A stretch of DNA of 64,000 nt from Candidatus Kaiserbacteria bacterium. GTDB lineage: Bacteria; Patescibacteriota; Minisyncoccia; Phycocordibacterales; UBA2100. The position numbers were made by a program, and so were the translations under genes. Below, one piece after another: positions 29,914 through 38,523 of this stretch. Every line of letters begins with the position of its first letter. Positions within the stretch are counted from its first letter, which is position 1. The notes below the pieces were generated by a model. That model was not told the DNA's origin. It ran no database searches and saw nothing but the letters and a program-made list of their open reading frames with translations. The stretch spans positions 1,648-65,647 of the forward strand of contig JAQBRI010000011.1 in assembly GCA_028286585.1 (NCBI GenBank), read 5' to 3'.

Positions 29914-30015
29914 GCGGATACTATAGCATATGCTCCTCTGTACTTACAGAGCTGATTTGCTAGTATTGCTGCAGGCAAAATATAGAAATCTGTTAAGTCT
30001 AAACAGGAGGTAGAA

Positions 30016-30849
30016 ATGAACATTGATTCTCTTAAAACAGAGGGTTTCGTTCGGTTCAATTATCCGAAAAGCCTGCGGTGGGACGTTGCAATAGCAATAG
30101 ACGCATGGAGAGCTTTCTGTGCGCTCGATGAAAAGGAAAAGCGCAAGATCTCTGGCGGAGACAGGATCAACGACTTCGGGTATATGCATCGGAATGATTC
30201 GGGGCCAACCGCCGACAAAAAGGAAATATTCCATGTCACCGGTGAACATATCAAAGAGCTCATGCAAAAGGCCCGATACGTTCACGATCAAAGCTCGATA
30301 TCTTTCATTCTTGCGCTTTACGAGCTGCTCGAAGGATTGTTTCCAGTCGTGAAGGAATTCGCCATCAACGTCGAGGAGCAATATAAGATTCCTAGACTTG
30401 CTGCTCGAGTGCTCGGCTCCAAGGATACCTGGACAATTCGCTTTGTGCATTATTATGGAGTCGGTGAACCTGTTCTTGCAAAACCACATACCGATCGAGG
30501 CGGATTTACCATTCACATGTACGAGAGTCATCCGGGTGGTCAATACTTGGGACGCGATCGCGCCTGGCACGATTGGCCGATAAACCACAAGGAATCGATA
30601 TTATTTCCAAGCGCGGGTTTGCAATTTCTCCGCAACGAGCTCAAGGCGCTTTGTCATCGGGTAATATCGCTCGATGACACGCTTCACGGCGGGCGTTACT
30701 CGATGGTCGGTTTCATCGATTTTCCTTTAGGCCATCGGTTCGACGACACCAGATTCAGAATGCAGGATCTGCCGGTCGGATTTAACTACGATATATCTCC
30801 TGAAGACTACCGGAAATATTTCGTACCGACTGCACTTGCTACGGTGTGA
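30016..30849 (+). CDS. 2OG-Fe(II) oxygenase superfamily protein
   Basis: HxD ... H ... RxS triad: KPHTDRGG, LCHRV, GGRYSMVGF. SD aggagg upstream. Local GC about 50%. Confidence 0.65.
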   Translation: MNIDSLKTEGFVRFNYPKSLRWDVAIAIDAWRAFCALDEKEKRKISGGDRINDFGYMHRNDSGPTADKKEIFHVTGEHIKELMQKARYVHDQSSISFILALYELLEGLFPVVKEFAINVEEQYKIPRLAARVLGSKDTWTIRFVHYYGVGEPVLAKPHTDRGGFTIHMYESHPGGQYLGRDRAWHDWPINHKESILFPSAGLQFLRNELKALCHRVISLDDTLHGGRYSMVGFIDFPLGHRFDDTRFRMQDLPVGFNYDISPEDYRKYFVPTALATV

Positions 30850-30871
30850 CGCAACATTTATTTGCCCTTTG

Positions 30872-30905
30872 ATCCCGCCGTAAATACACGGCGGGATTTT
30901 TTTAT
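30872..30905. terminator. bidirectional rho-independent terminator
   Basis: atcccgccg-taaatacac-ggcgggat followed by ttttttta. It lies between convergent genes. Confidence 0.65.
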
Positions 30906-30907
30906 AC

Positions 30908-31273
30908 TTAATTACCGAGGCCAATACAGCCTTTTGCAGGACTGTATCCGGCTTTTAAGGCCTCCGGCTCGTCGCTAAACCAGCGTATATCTGTATTCCC
31001 TATTCGCTCTATCCCCTTGCACCAGGGCGCGTAATAAACCAGGGTTGCAACAGAGCCGATAATAAGCCCGCCTGGATACATAGCTTGCGCCTTAATAGCC
31101 TTATTTGCCTGCATTATTTGAATATTTGGAGACATATCGTCCAAGGCAGAAAGTCTTCCCAAACCAAAGGATGAGAGCGAAACCAAGAGTATAACCAGCG
31201 GCATTCCCCAGTCTCTAAGGCTGGTTTCTCCCTGGTACTTGATTTTTAACCATAAACCCCGTATAATCCTCAT
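30908..31273 (-). CDS. hypothetical membrane-anchored protein
   Basis: 122-aa protein from the ATG at 31273 (the track ORF extends to 31336, overlapping the rpmA start). One TM, no motif. Confidence 0.4.
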   Translation of the reverse strand: MRIIRGLWLKIKYQGETSLRDWGMPLVILLVSLSSFGLGRLSALDDMSPNIQIMQANKAIKAQAMYPGGLIIGSVATLVYYAPWCKGIERIGNTDIRWFSDEPEALKAGYSPAKGCIGLGN

Positions 31274-31304
31274 ATCGTAATTATACGGCAAGAAATCGAA
31301 ATAT

Positions 31305-31583
31305 ATGGCACATACTAAAGCTGGTGGTTCAGCCAAAAACCTAAAAGATTCAAATCCTAAATATCTCGGTGTTAAGCGCGCCGATGGTCAGACTGTTGGA
31401 ATCGGTGAAATCATCGTTCGTCAGCGTGGTACCAAAATCATGGTCGGCAAGAATGTCGGACTTGGAAAGGATCACACACTCTTTGCTCTTAAGGCTGGAA
31501 TTGTAAAATTCCGAAACGCTCGAAAGACAAACTTTGACGGTCAGACTGTCATGCGCCGCATCCTCGACATCGTTCCTGCCTAG
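31305..31583 (+). CDS. rpmA: 50S ribosomal protein L27
   Basis: [29 protein letters not shown] ... RQRGTK ... GKDHTLFAL matches the bL27 N-terminus and core. Confidence 0.9.
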   Translation: MAHTKAGGSAKNLKDSNPKYLGVKRADGQTVGIGEIIVRQRGTKIMVGKNVGLGKDHTLFALKAGIVKFRNARKTNFDGQTVMRRILDIVPA

Positions 31584-31617
31584 TCCCCTTATCATTCCTT
31601 CTTTGAAAGGTATGTGC

Positions 31618-31650
31618 AAAATCGCCGACTTCCCGGCGATTTTTGTTTTG
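31618..31650 (+). terminator. rho-independent terminator of rpmA
   Basis: Perfect 10-bp stem aaaatcgccg-acttcc-cggcgatttt followed by tgttttg. Confidence 0.7.
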
Positions 31651-31774
31651 CATTACGACTCGTATGAGATGTGATTTTAAAAACCTCTCGGAAGGCGGCG
31701 GCCTGAGAGGGCTAATTTTCTAGCAAGAAAATATCGCTTGTTTTTAAAATTGCATCGATTAAAGAGTCAAAACA

Positions 31775-31801
31775 AAAATCGCCCCCTTTTGGAGCGATTT
31801 T
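31775..31801 (-). terminator. rho-independent terminator (minus strand, downstream of rplI and the micro-ORF)
   Basis: Minus-strand reading: aaaatcgctcc-aaaagg-gggcgatttt followed by tgttttgac. Confidence 0.5.
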
Positions 31802-31805
31802 CAAA

Positions 31806-31868
31806 CTACTTCTTCTTATCCTTTTTTGGCTTCTTCGTTTCCTTTTTATGAGTCATCCCTTTTGACAT
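31806..31868 (-). other. Lys-rich micro-ORF MSKGMTHKKETKKPKKDKKK (20 aa; or 16 aa from the second ATG)
   Basis: In frame between rplI's stop and the minus-strand terminator. Weak SD. Coding status uncertain. Confidence 0.3.
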
Positions 31869-31917
31869 ATCCGAGAGTTTATATGAATAATATTATAATA
31901 ATAACACGTGTTTAGAA

Positions 31918-32361
31918 TTACTTTGCAACCACCTCTATGTTCAGTGTCGCTTTATGAGTTCCAAGCGTGATAGTTATTGGAGTTATTCCCGTCGCTTTGA
32001 CTGGCTGATCAAAATGCACCGCTTTAGTATCAACTGGTATTGAAAGCTGCTCCTTGATGGCTTGCACGACCTCTTCGGCGGTAATGTTTTTGTAGAGCTT
32101 CCCTACTTCGTTTGCCTTTGCAATAATGCGTACACTCTTCCCTGCCAATGTCTTTGCATGCGTACCAAATAATGCGCTGCGCGCAGCATTTGCCTCTTGT
32201 TTACTATCTATTTCTGCTTGTACCTGAGCCACCTTCGAATTACTTGCCTGCTCGGCAAGGCCTCGCGGAATGAGCGAATTGAGCGCATAGCCGTCGGCTA
32301 CTTCTTTGATAACACCGCGAACTGCGACGCCTTTGACATCTTTTAGAAAAATGACTCGCAT
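31918..32361 (-). CDS. rplI: 50S ribosomal protein L9
   Basis: [36 protein letters not shown] matches the bL9 N-domain. Length 147 aa. Confidence 0.9.
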   Translation of the reverse strand: MRVIFLKDVKGVAVRGVIKEVADGYALNSLIPRGLAEQASNSKVAQVQAEIDSKQEANAARSALFGTHAKTLAGKSVRIIAKANEVGKLYKNITAEEVVQAIKEQLSIPVDTKAVHFDQPVKATGITPITITLGTHKATLNIEVVAK

Positions 32362-32368
32362 ATAATTG

Positions 32369-33640
32369 TTATTTCATTGCGTTCAGCACCTGCACAGCCT
32401 TTTCCATTTGCACGTCTTTCTTTGCCTTTATTAGTGTCTCACTAGTAGTTGATACCACGTCAGGAATGAGACCGTCGTGAGGAATCTGTATGCCGTCTGG
32501 GCCAAGCCATCGAGCAACAGTCACCTTGACCGAAGTGTCTTCGGTTACCGGGAAAAGTTCTTGCACGACGCCCTTACCAAACGTATTCGTTCCCACAAGT
32601 GTTCCCATTTTGTAGTATCGAAGTGCGTCAGCAAATATTTCAGAAGCAGAAGCAGATCCCTTGTCGACAAGAATCACCATCTTGAGATTTGAATTAAAGA
32701 TATTGTATCCAAGCGATCGGTGCACAATGTTGTCTCGGTGACCTGCATAATCCTCGGTCACGACAATGTCTCCTTGTGGCAAAAACCAACTTGCCATACT
32801 TACTGCAGCGTCCAGGTATCCTCCAGGGTTACCACGCATGTCGAGCACCAGTTTGGTGTCGCCGCTCGCAGCAAAATCTTTGAGTGCATCACGGAATAAG
32901 TCTGGTGCGTTTGAAGTAAAGCTTGAGACTGCGATTACAAACACGCCATCGTCGCGCTTGGTTGTTGTTACAATTGGTACATTGATAGTGTCACGAGTAA
33001 CTGGGATATCCTTTGGCGCAGCAAATCCTTCTCGCATGATGGTAAGCGTTACGATAGTTCCCTTTGGACCACGAATTTTGTTAACCGCTGTGTCGGTGTC
33101 CATTCCCACGGTGCTGTCACCATTAATTTTGAGAATAATATCAGCAGCCTTGATTCCCGCTTTTTCCGATGGTGTTCCCTTAAGCGGCGAGACAACAACG
33201 AGATTACTATCTTTGATATCTATCTGCGCTCCAATACCCTCAAAGCTTCCACTCAGCTGACTACTAAAGTCTTTGTTTTCTTGTGGCGGCATAAAGAACG
33301 TGTACGGATCATTGAGTGATGCCGCGAGCCCAGCTGCCATGCCCCAGACTTTTTGTTGATTGAGCCCAGCAGTTGTAGTTGCAATAGGAGTGGACGAAGC
33401 AACTGCCGCCGGAACGAAATTGTCGTTGATAATATTCCAGACTTTCCAAACCGGGACAAAATCGACATTATCGGGTTGTGACGAATTCATAATAGAAATC
33501 GTCTGACCAACGGCGTGTGATGTCGCAAACATACCGCCTCCAAAGCCAATGATAAGTGCAATCCCGATCGAGGCTATGGTCGTATGATATGAATACGTCT
33601 TGATTTTTTTGATACGAACAGGTGTTGAGGTATCGCTCAT
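32369..33640 (-). CDS. S41 family C-terminal processing peptidase
   Basis: PDZ domain plus S41 catalytic region ([24 protein letters not shown] ... [13 protein letters not shown]). N-terminal TM anchor. Confidence 0.85.
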   Translation of the reverse strand: MSDTSTPVRIKKIKTYSYHTTIASIGIALIIGFGGGMFATSHAVGQTISIMNSSQPDNVDFVPVWKVWNIINDNFVPAAVASSTPIATTTAGLNQQKVWGMAAGLAASLNDPYTFFMPPQENKDFSSQLSGSFEGIGAQIDIKDSNLVVVSPLKGTPSEKAGIKAADIILKINGDSTVGMDTDTAVNKIRGPKGTIVTLTIMREGFAAPKDIPVTRDTINVPIVTTTKRDDGVFVIAVSSFTSNAPDLFRDALKDFAASGDTKLVLDMRGNPGGYLDAAVSMASWFLPQGDIVVTEDYAGHRDNIVHRSLGYNIFNSNLKMVILVDKGSASASEIFADALRYYKMGTLVGTNTFGKGVVQELFPVTEDTSVKVTVARWLGPDGIQIPHDGLIPDVVSTTSETLIKAKKDVQMEKAVQVLNAMK

Positions 33641-33693
33641 AGATGCATTATCTCATGCTCACTTATAAGTGCAAATTAGCTTGTTTACAAAAA

Positions 33694-34677
33694 TTATCGC
33701 AGTGACGTCACAAATGACGCACCAATAATACAAAGTCCGATGAGTGCGATCAGTACTTCGGGTACGTGAAAGACGAGTGACGCTGCCATACACAAGGCAA
33801 GACCAAGTATCGCCCAATGTGCCCCATGTTCGAGATATTTAATGCTGTTGATTGTCTTTTCTTGCACCATATACATAGTGAGTACGCGTACAAAGTACGC
33901 ACCGATTCCCAATCCGACTGCAATCACAAGTACGTTACTACTGATAGCAAATGCACCAATAACACCATCGAGTGAAAATGCAGAATCAAGAACATTTAGA
34001 TAGATAAATCCTGCAAGTCCTGTCTGCACCGCATGCAACGAATTAGTGCTAATCGTGTGAATGACACCCTCCATGATGATAAACAATAACAATCCTACGA
34101 TTCCTGCCGAAAGGATGGTTGCACCTTCGCCGCCACTTGCAAACGAAACAACAAGCAGCAAGATCAATACCAAACCAATTTCAATCTCCTCGATAGAACC
34201 AAGTTTTGAAAGCTTTGCCTCAAATGCACCAATCCAGTGATCACGCTTGTTCACGTTAAAAAAGTATTTGAGCGCAAGCATCGCGAGAAAGCCAGTACCA
34301 AAGGCGTTGATAGCGTGATGCGTATTACCAAGAAGCTGTGCGTACATTTCTGGGTTATATACAACGAGCTGCGAAATAAGAATTGGCGAAATTCCTGCAA
34401 TAATACTTACGACAAGAATTGGTAATATGAGGCGTGTTCCCACTACCGCAAACAATATTCCCCAGGTGAGAAATCTCTTTTGCCATTGCGGTGACATGGC
34501 CTCCAAAACCTTTGCATTAACAATCGCATTATCAAATGAAAGTGTAACTTCGAGGAGCGCCAAAAGTGCAGCTGTTATAAATGCCGCAGAACCTACAAAG
34601 AATCCAACAAGCGCAAGCACCACAACCGAGACAATAATGGGCCCAAGGAAATATCTTTGTACACTTTTGTTTATCAT
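33694..34677 (-). CDS. DUF475/TerC-like integral membrane protein
   Basis: 8-9 TM helices. LSFDNAIVNA motif typical of TerC/DUF475. The ATG at 34677 is preferred to the TTG at 34683. Confidence 0.5.
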   Translation of the reverse strand: MINKSVQRYFLGPIIVSVVVLALVGFFVGSAAFITAALLALLEVTLSFDNAIVNAKVLEAMSPQWQKRFLTWGILFAVVGTRLILPILVVSIIAGISPILISQLVVYNPEMYAQLLGNTHHAINAFGTGFLAMLALKYFFNVNKRDHWIGAFEAKLSKLGSIEEIEIGLVLILLLVVSFASGGEGATILSAGIVGLLLFIIMEGVIHTISTNSLHAVQTGLAGFIYLNVLDSAFSLDGVIGAFAISSNVLVIAVGLGIGAYFVRVLTMYMVQEKTINSIKYLEHGAHWAILGLALCMAASLVFHVPEVLIALIGLCIIGASFVTSLR

Positions 34678-34715
34678 AGTCAAAACAGTCTATCACAGCA
34701 TGATATACTGGCCAC

Positions 34716-35627
34716 ATGTATTCGCGACATGAGTATGGAAATATCATTTGGGTTGACCTCGAGTCACCTGCGCGAAGTGATGTTGAGCGCATTATCGAGG
34801 AGTTTGATATTCACCCTTCTGTTGCCGAAGAACTTTTGGTGCCATCGGTCAAAGCGCGTGCCGAATATTATGGTGAGTACGCGTACCTGGTACTGCACTT
34901 CCCTGCACTCCGACACTCGCACAAAACCCGCGAACAAGAAATGGACTTTATTGTTGGCAAAAACTTTTTGATCACCACTCATTACGATCTCATCGATCCA
35001 CTGCACAAGTTTTCTAAACTTTTTGATACTCAAGCGTTACTCAATGATCATCAAGGCTCTGAACACGCCGGTATGATTATGCTATCGATGATAAAAAAGC
35101 TCTACAAGGCGGTCGAGCACGAGGTACAAGTGGTCCGACAAAACCTTCATGATATCGAAGACCATATCTTTTCGAACCATCATGTCGAAATGGTGTCTGC
35201 AATTTCTCGCAGTTCTCGCGACCTTCTTAACTTGCGACACACCATCGAGCCACACCGCGACACGCTGCAGTCTTTTGAACTATTTGCGCCGCAACTTTTT
35301 GGCCAGGAATTTATGTTGCCGTTAAAGACACTTACCAACGAGTACTATCGTGTACACAACCATATTGTGCGCGAGACAGAAAGCTTGCACGAACTTCGCG
35401 AGACCAACAACTCGATGCTCACCACCAAACAAAACGAGACCATGCGTATCTTTACGATTCTTGCGTTCGTCACCTTCCCTCTTACTCTTATCGTTGATGT
35501 CGTAAATATTGATTCAGAATACAACCCTCTTTTGCATCATCAATACGATTTTTGGTATGTTCTGGGAATTCTCTTAGTTGTCGCCTGCTTCATGTTCGTC
35601 TTCTTTAAAGTTAAAAAGTGGTTATAA
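34716..35627 (+). CDS. CorA-like divalent cation transporter family protein
   Basis: Cytoplasmic alpha/beta N-domain plus two C-terminal TM helices. The canonical GMN is replaced (TFPLTLIVDVVNIDSEYNP), so ion specificity is uncertain. Confidence 0.55.
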   Translation: MYSRHEYGNIIWVDLESPARSDVERIIEEFDIHPSVAEELLVPSVKARAEYYGEYAYLVLHFPALRHSHKTREQEMDFIVGKNFLITTHYDLIDPLHKFSKLFDTQALLNDHQGSEHAGMIMLSMIKKLYKAVEHEVQVVRQNLHDIEDHIFSNHHVEMVSAISRSSRDLLNLRHTIEPHRDTLQSFELFAPQLFGQEFMLPLKTLTNEYYRVHNHIVRETESLHELRETNNSMLTTKQNETMRIFTILAFVTFPLTLIVDVVNIDSEYNPLLHHQYDFWYVLGILLVVACFMFVFFKVKKWL

Positions 35628-35633
35628 TGAGAT

Positions 35634-37127
35634 ATGATTTTCAGTTCACTTCGTAAGTCTTCGAGCGCGCAAAGCCGCTCGGACCTCTACCTTCATAATA
35701 CGCTCGGCAACGAGAATCAGATTTTTAAACTTCCTCCTATCGCGCGCTATGTGCGCATGTACAACTGTGGCCCTACCGTTTATGGCGAACAGCACATCGG
35801 CAATCTCTCGATGTTTGTATTTACCGACGTACTTCGTCGCGTTTTGCAATATCATGGGCATGAGGTAAAACAGGTCATCAATATCACCGATTTTGGGCAC
35901 CTTTCCGGCGATAATCAGGGCGATGCAGATATTGGCGAAGATCGCATGACAAAGGGCTTAAAACGCGAAAATATGGCCATTACGATGGAAAATATGGCCC
36001 TCTTGGCCGAGAAATACACTCAGGTGTTCTTGGGTGATTTAACGACGCTCAACATCGATGTTTCCAAAATAGAATTTCCTCGAGCAAGCGCCTATGTGCC
36101 AGCGCAAATTGCGATGATTCAAACCCTTATCGAAAAAGGATATGCGTACCAGTGCGCGGACGGTGTCTATTACGATACATTGCGATTCCCTGATTACGGC
36201 ATATTGGGTGGCATCGATTTAGAAGGTCTTAAGGCTGGTGCTCGTGTTGCAATGAGTAGTGAGAAGCGACACCCAACCGACTTTTTACTTTGGAAGTCTG
36301 ATGCGAGCATTGGATGGGAGTCACCATGGGGTAAAGGCTTTCCTGGCTGGCATATCGAATGTTCTGCAATGGCGCGTGCAGTATTAGGTGAGCAAATAGA
36401 CATTCACACGGGTGGAATAGAACACATTCCGATTCATCACAATAACGAAATTGCACAGTCCGAAGCAGCGACAGGCAAAAAGCCATTCTCACGTTTTTGG
36501 ATGCATCGTGCACACCTGCAGATCGACGGCGGGAAAATTGCAAAGTCAGATGGTAATGTTGTGTATCTTTCAGAAATAATTGAGCGTGGCTTTCACCCCA
36601 TCGCTTTTAGATACTTGTGTCTGGGTGCGCATTACCGAACGAATGCTAACTTTTCGTGGGATGCACTTGCCGCTTCGCAGTCGGCACTCGTGAAGCTTAC
36701 GGCGTTTTACCTAGAACATGCCGATCTTAATGCAGTAGACGCCCCGGTCAAGTGGCAGAACGAATTTGATCATCGTGTTAACGACGACTTGGATACGCCA
36801 GGTGCTCTTGCTACCGTATGGGCAATGCTCAAGAGTGATGACTACAGCACACCAGAAAAGCTCGCGGCACTTCGCACCGTTGACATGGTACTTGGTCTTA
36901 CTATTACCGAGCCAGACGAGCAGCTGCGCACACTTGCACAAGCTGAAATACGGACAGAGATTCCAATGAGTGAACTTCCAGAAAATATCCGGGCACTTGT
37001 ACAAGAGCGCGAAGAAGCTCGCACAAACAAAAATTGGTCCAAATCCGACGAACTCCGCGCAACCCTCACCTCCCTCGGCTACTCCCTCGATGACGCAAAG
37101 AGTGGCGTTAAGGTGTACAGAATCTAA
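35634..37127 (+). CDS. cysS: cysteine--tRNA ligase
   Basis: HIGN (EQHIGNLSM), Zn-binding Cys (YNCGPTVY ... HIECSAM), KMSKS-equivalent KIAKSDG. Length 497 aa. Confidence 0.9.
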   Translation: MIFSSLRKSSSAQSRSDLYLHNTLGNENQIFKLPPIARYVRMYNCGPTVYGEQHIGNLSMFVFTDVLRRVLQYHGHEVKQVINITDFGHLSGDNQGDADIGEDRMTKGLKRENMAITMENMALLAEKYTQVFLGDLTTLNIDVSKIEFPRASAYVPAQIAMIQTLIEKGYAYQCADGVYYDTLRFPDYGILGGIDLEGLKAGARVAMSSEKRHPTDFLLWKSDASIGWESPWGKGFPGWHIECSAMARAVLGEQIDIHTGGIEHIPIHHNNEIAQSEAATGKKPFSRFWMHRAHLQIDGGKIAKSDGNVVYLSEIIERGFHPIAFRYLCLGAHYRTNANFSWDALAASQSALVKLTAFYLEHADLNAVDAPVKWQNEFDHRVNDDLDTPGALATVWAMLKSDDYSTPEKLAALRTVDMVLGLTITEPDEQLRTLAQAEIRTEIPMSELPENIRALVQEREEARTNKNWSKSDELRATLTSLGYSLDDAKSGVKVYRI

Positions 37128-37192
37128 ATAAAATTGAATGCCTCAAATATATTCGCTTGCTATATTTTATAGTGAAGACTATCATTGCGCAT

Positions 37193-37870
37193 ATGAAGTG
37201 CCCCTATCCAGATTGTCAAAAAGACTATAACCAGAATTGGCAAGATTTTTTTCGTGGATGGCTATGGAATCAGGACGATTACCCGTCGGATAATGAAAGA
37301 CATCTGCTCAAGCGAGTTAATCTTCACACGAGGCGCTGCCATTTTTGTAGTCGCCTTTTCCATGATATTTATATAGGAAATGAAAATCCAAAAATATTTG
37401 ATGATGCTACTAAGAGATTTATACAGGCTGCACCAGATCTCGAATTAATTGCTAGTTATCCCGCATCAAAAACATCCTTTAAGGCCAAGAAAGTTCCGGA
37501 AAACATTCGTAAATATTTTCATGAAGCGGAACGTTGTCGCTCAATTGGTGCGATGACAGGTGTAGCAGCATGCTTAAGAAAAACAGTATATGCAATCTGC
37601 GACGATTTAGGGGTAGGCGGGATTGATTACAAAGAAAAAATATCAAACTTACCCTTGAAAGAGGAGGTCTACAAAGAACTGTTGAAGCAAATAAAATTCC
37701 TCGGTGACAATGGCACTAAGCCGGGTGGCGATATTTATACATCAGATCAGATAGACATAGCTCTAAAAGTTTTGCCAGTCGTTATTGATAAACTCTATGA
37801 GCAAGACGAGCAAATAGACGAGGCCCAAAGAGCCTTGGCACACGCAAGATCCAAAGGACTTCAACTATAA
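37193..37870 (+). CDS. zinc-ribbon + DUF4145-like (HEPN-like) protein, degenerate motif
   Basis: CPYPDC ... CHFC zinc ribbon. C-terminal domain aligns with its neighbour's DUF4145 domain (AACLRKTVYAICDDLG ... IKFLGDNGTKPG) but lacks the His of the R..GN.aAH motif. The ATG at 37193 is preferred to the TTG at 37157. Confidence 0.5.
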   Translation: MKCPYPDCQKDYNQNWQDFFRGWLWNQDDYPSDNERHLLKRVNLHTRRCHFCSRLFHDIYIGNENPKIFDDATKRFIQAAPDLELIASYPASKTSFKAKKVPENIRKYFHEAERCRSIGAMTGVAACLRKTVYAICDDLGVGGIDYKEKISNLPLKEEVYKELLKQIKFLGDNGTKPGGDIYTSDQIDIALKVLPVVIDKLYEQDEQIDEAQRALAHARSKGLQL

Positions 37871-37876
37871 ATTAGA

Positions 37877-38521
37877 TTATACGTCGTTCTTTTTCTTACT
37901 ATCGATCACTGCTTGTACCGCCTTAAGTTTGGAGGGAGCTACATATACGTATTCAAGAATCGTAGTAAAAAAATCATCTATTATTCTTGCGTCTTCAAAA
38001 CCTACTTTTGTGTCAGTTGCGTGCGCCCCGACGTTACCAAAAAATCTTAAAGCAGTAGTCATCTTTGACAAAGTTGGGGGGATAATTTCCTTCTTTACCA
38101 GATCATTTAGCTGATTAACGAGATTTTTTCCAACTGCATGCTGATCTTTACAAATATATTCCAGACAGCGACGTATTAATACGGCGAAAGCAATTGGGGA
38201 TATTCTAAATACACGTTTAGCCTCCGTATAATTTTCTATTATAACAAGAGGGACACTGCCGTCATATTTCTTGGAACTTGGGTAAAGTAAAAAAGCTTCG
38301 TTCAAATCCCCCAAGTCTGCACTTTCACCCCAATCAGAATAAAGCGAAAACTCAGAACAATTTTTACATTGTGCCAAAAATAAATAAGTTTCAACTTCTC
38401 TATCATCCCCCGGATGAAATTCTACTATTTCACTTTTACCTTGAACATGGAAAATTACTGTTTGCGAAGTTTTTTGATGACAATGTTGGCAATTTATCAA
38501 TTGCAACTTCGATGTAGTCAT
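37877..38521 (-). CDS. zinc-ribbon + DUF4145 (HEPN-like) protein
   Basis: CQHC ... CKNC zinc ribbon. C-terminal VLIRRCLEYICKD ... ALRFFGNVGAHATD ... ARIIDDFFTTILEYVY fits the DUF4145 consensus, including R..GN.aAH. Confidence 0.55.
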   Translation of the reverse strand: MTTSKLQLINCQHCHQKTSQTVIFHVQGKSEIVEFHPGDDREVETYLFLAQCKNCSEFSLYSDWGESADLGDLNEAFLLYPSSKKYDGSVPLVIIENYTEAKRVFRISPIAFAVLIRRCLEYICKDQHAVGKNLVNQLNDLVKKEIIPPTLSKMTTALRFFGNVGAHATDTKVGFEDARIIDDFFTTILEYVYVAPSKLKAVQAVIDSKKKNDV

Positions 38522-38523
38522 AC

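Noticed and set aside
29944-30588. Minus-strand 214-aa ORF opposite the 2OG oxygenase
   Set aside because: The plus frame carries the HxD ... H ... RxS 2OG-Fe(II) triad and a strong aggagg SD. The minus ORF is an antisense shadow typical of GC-rich sequence.
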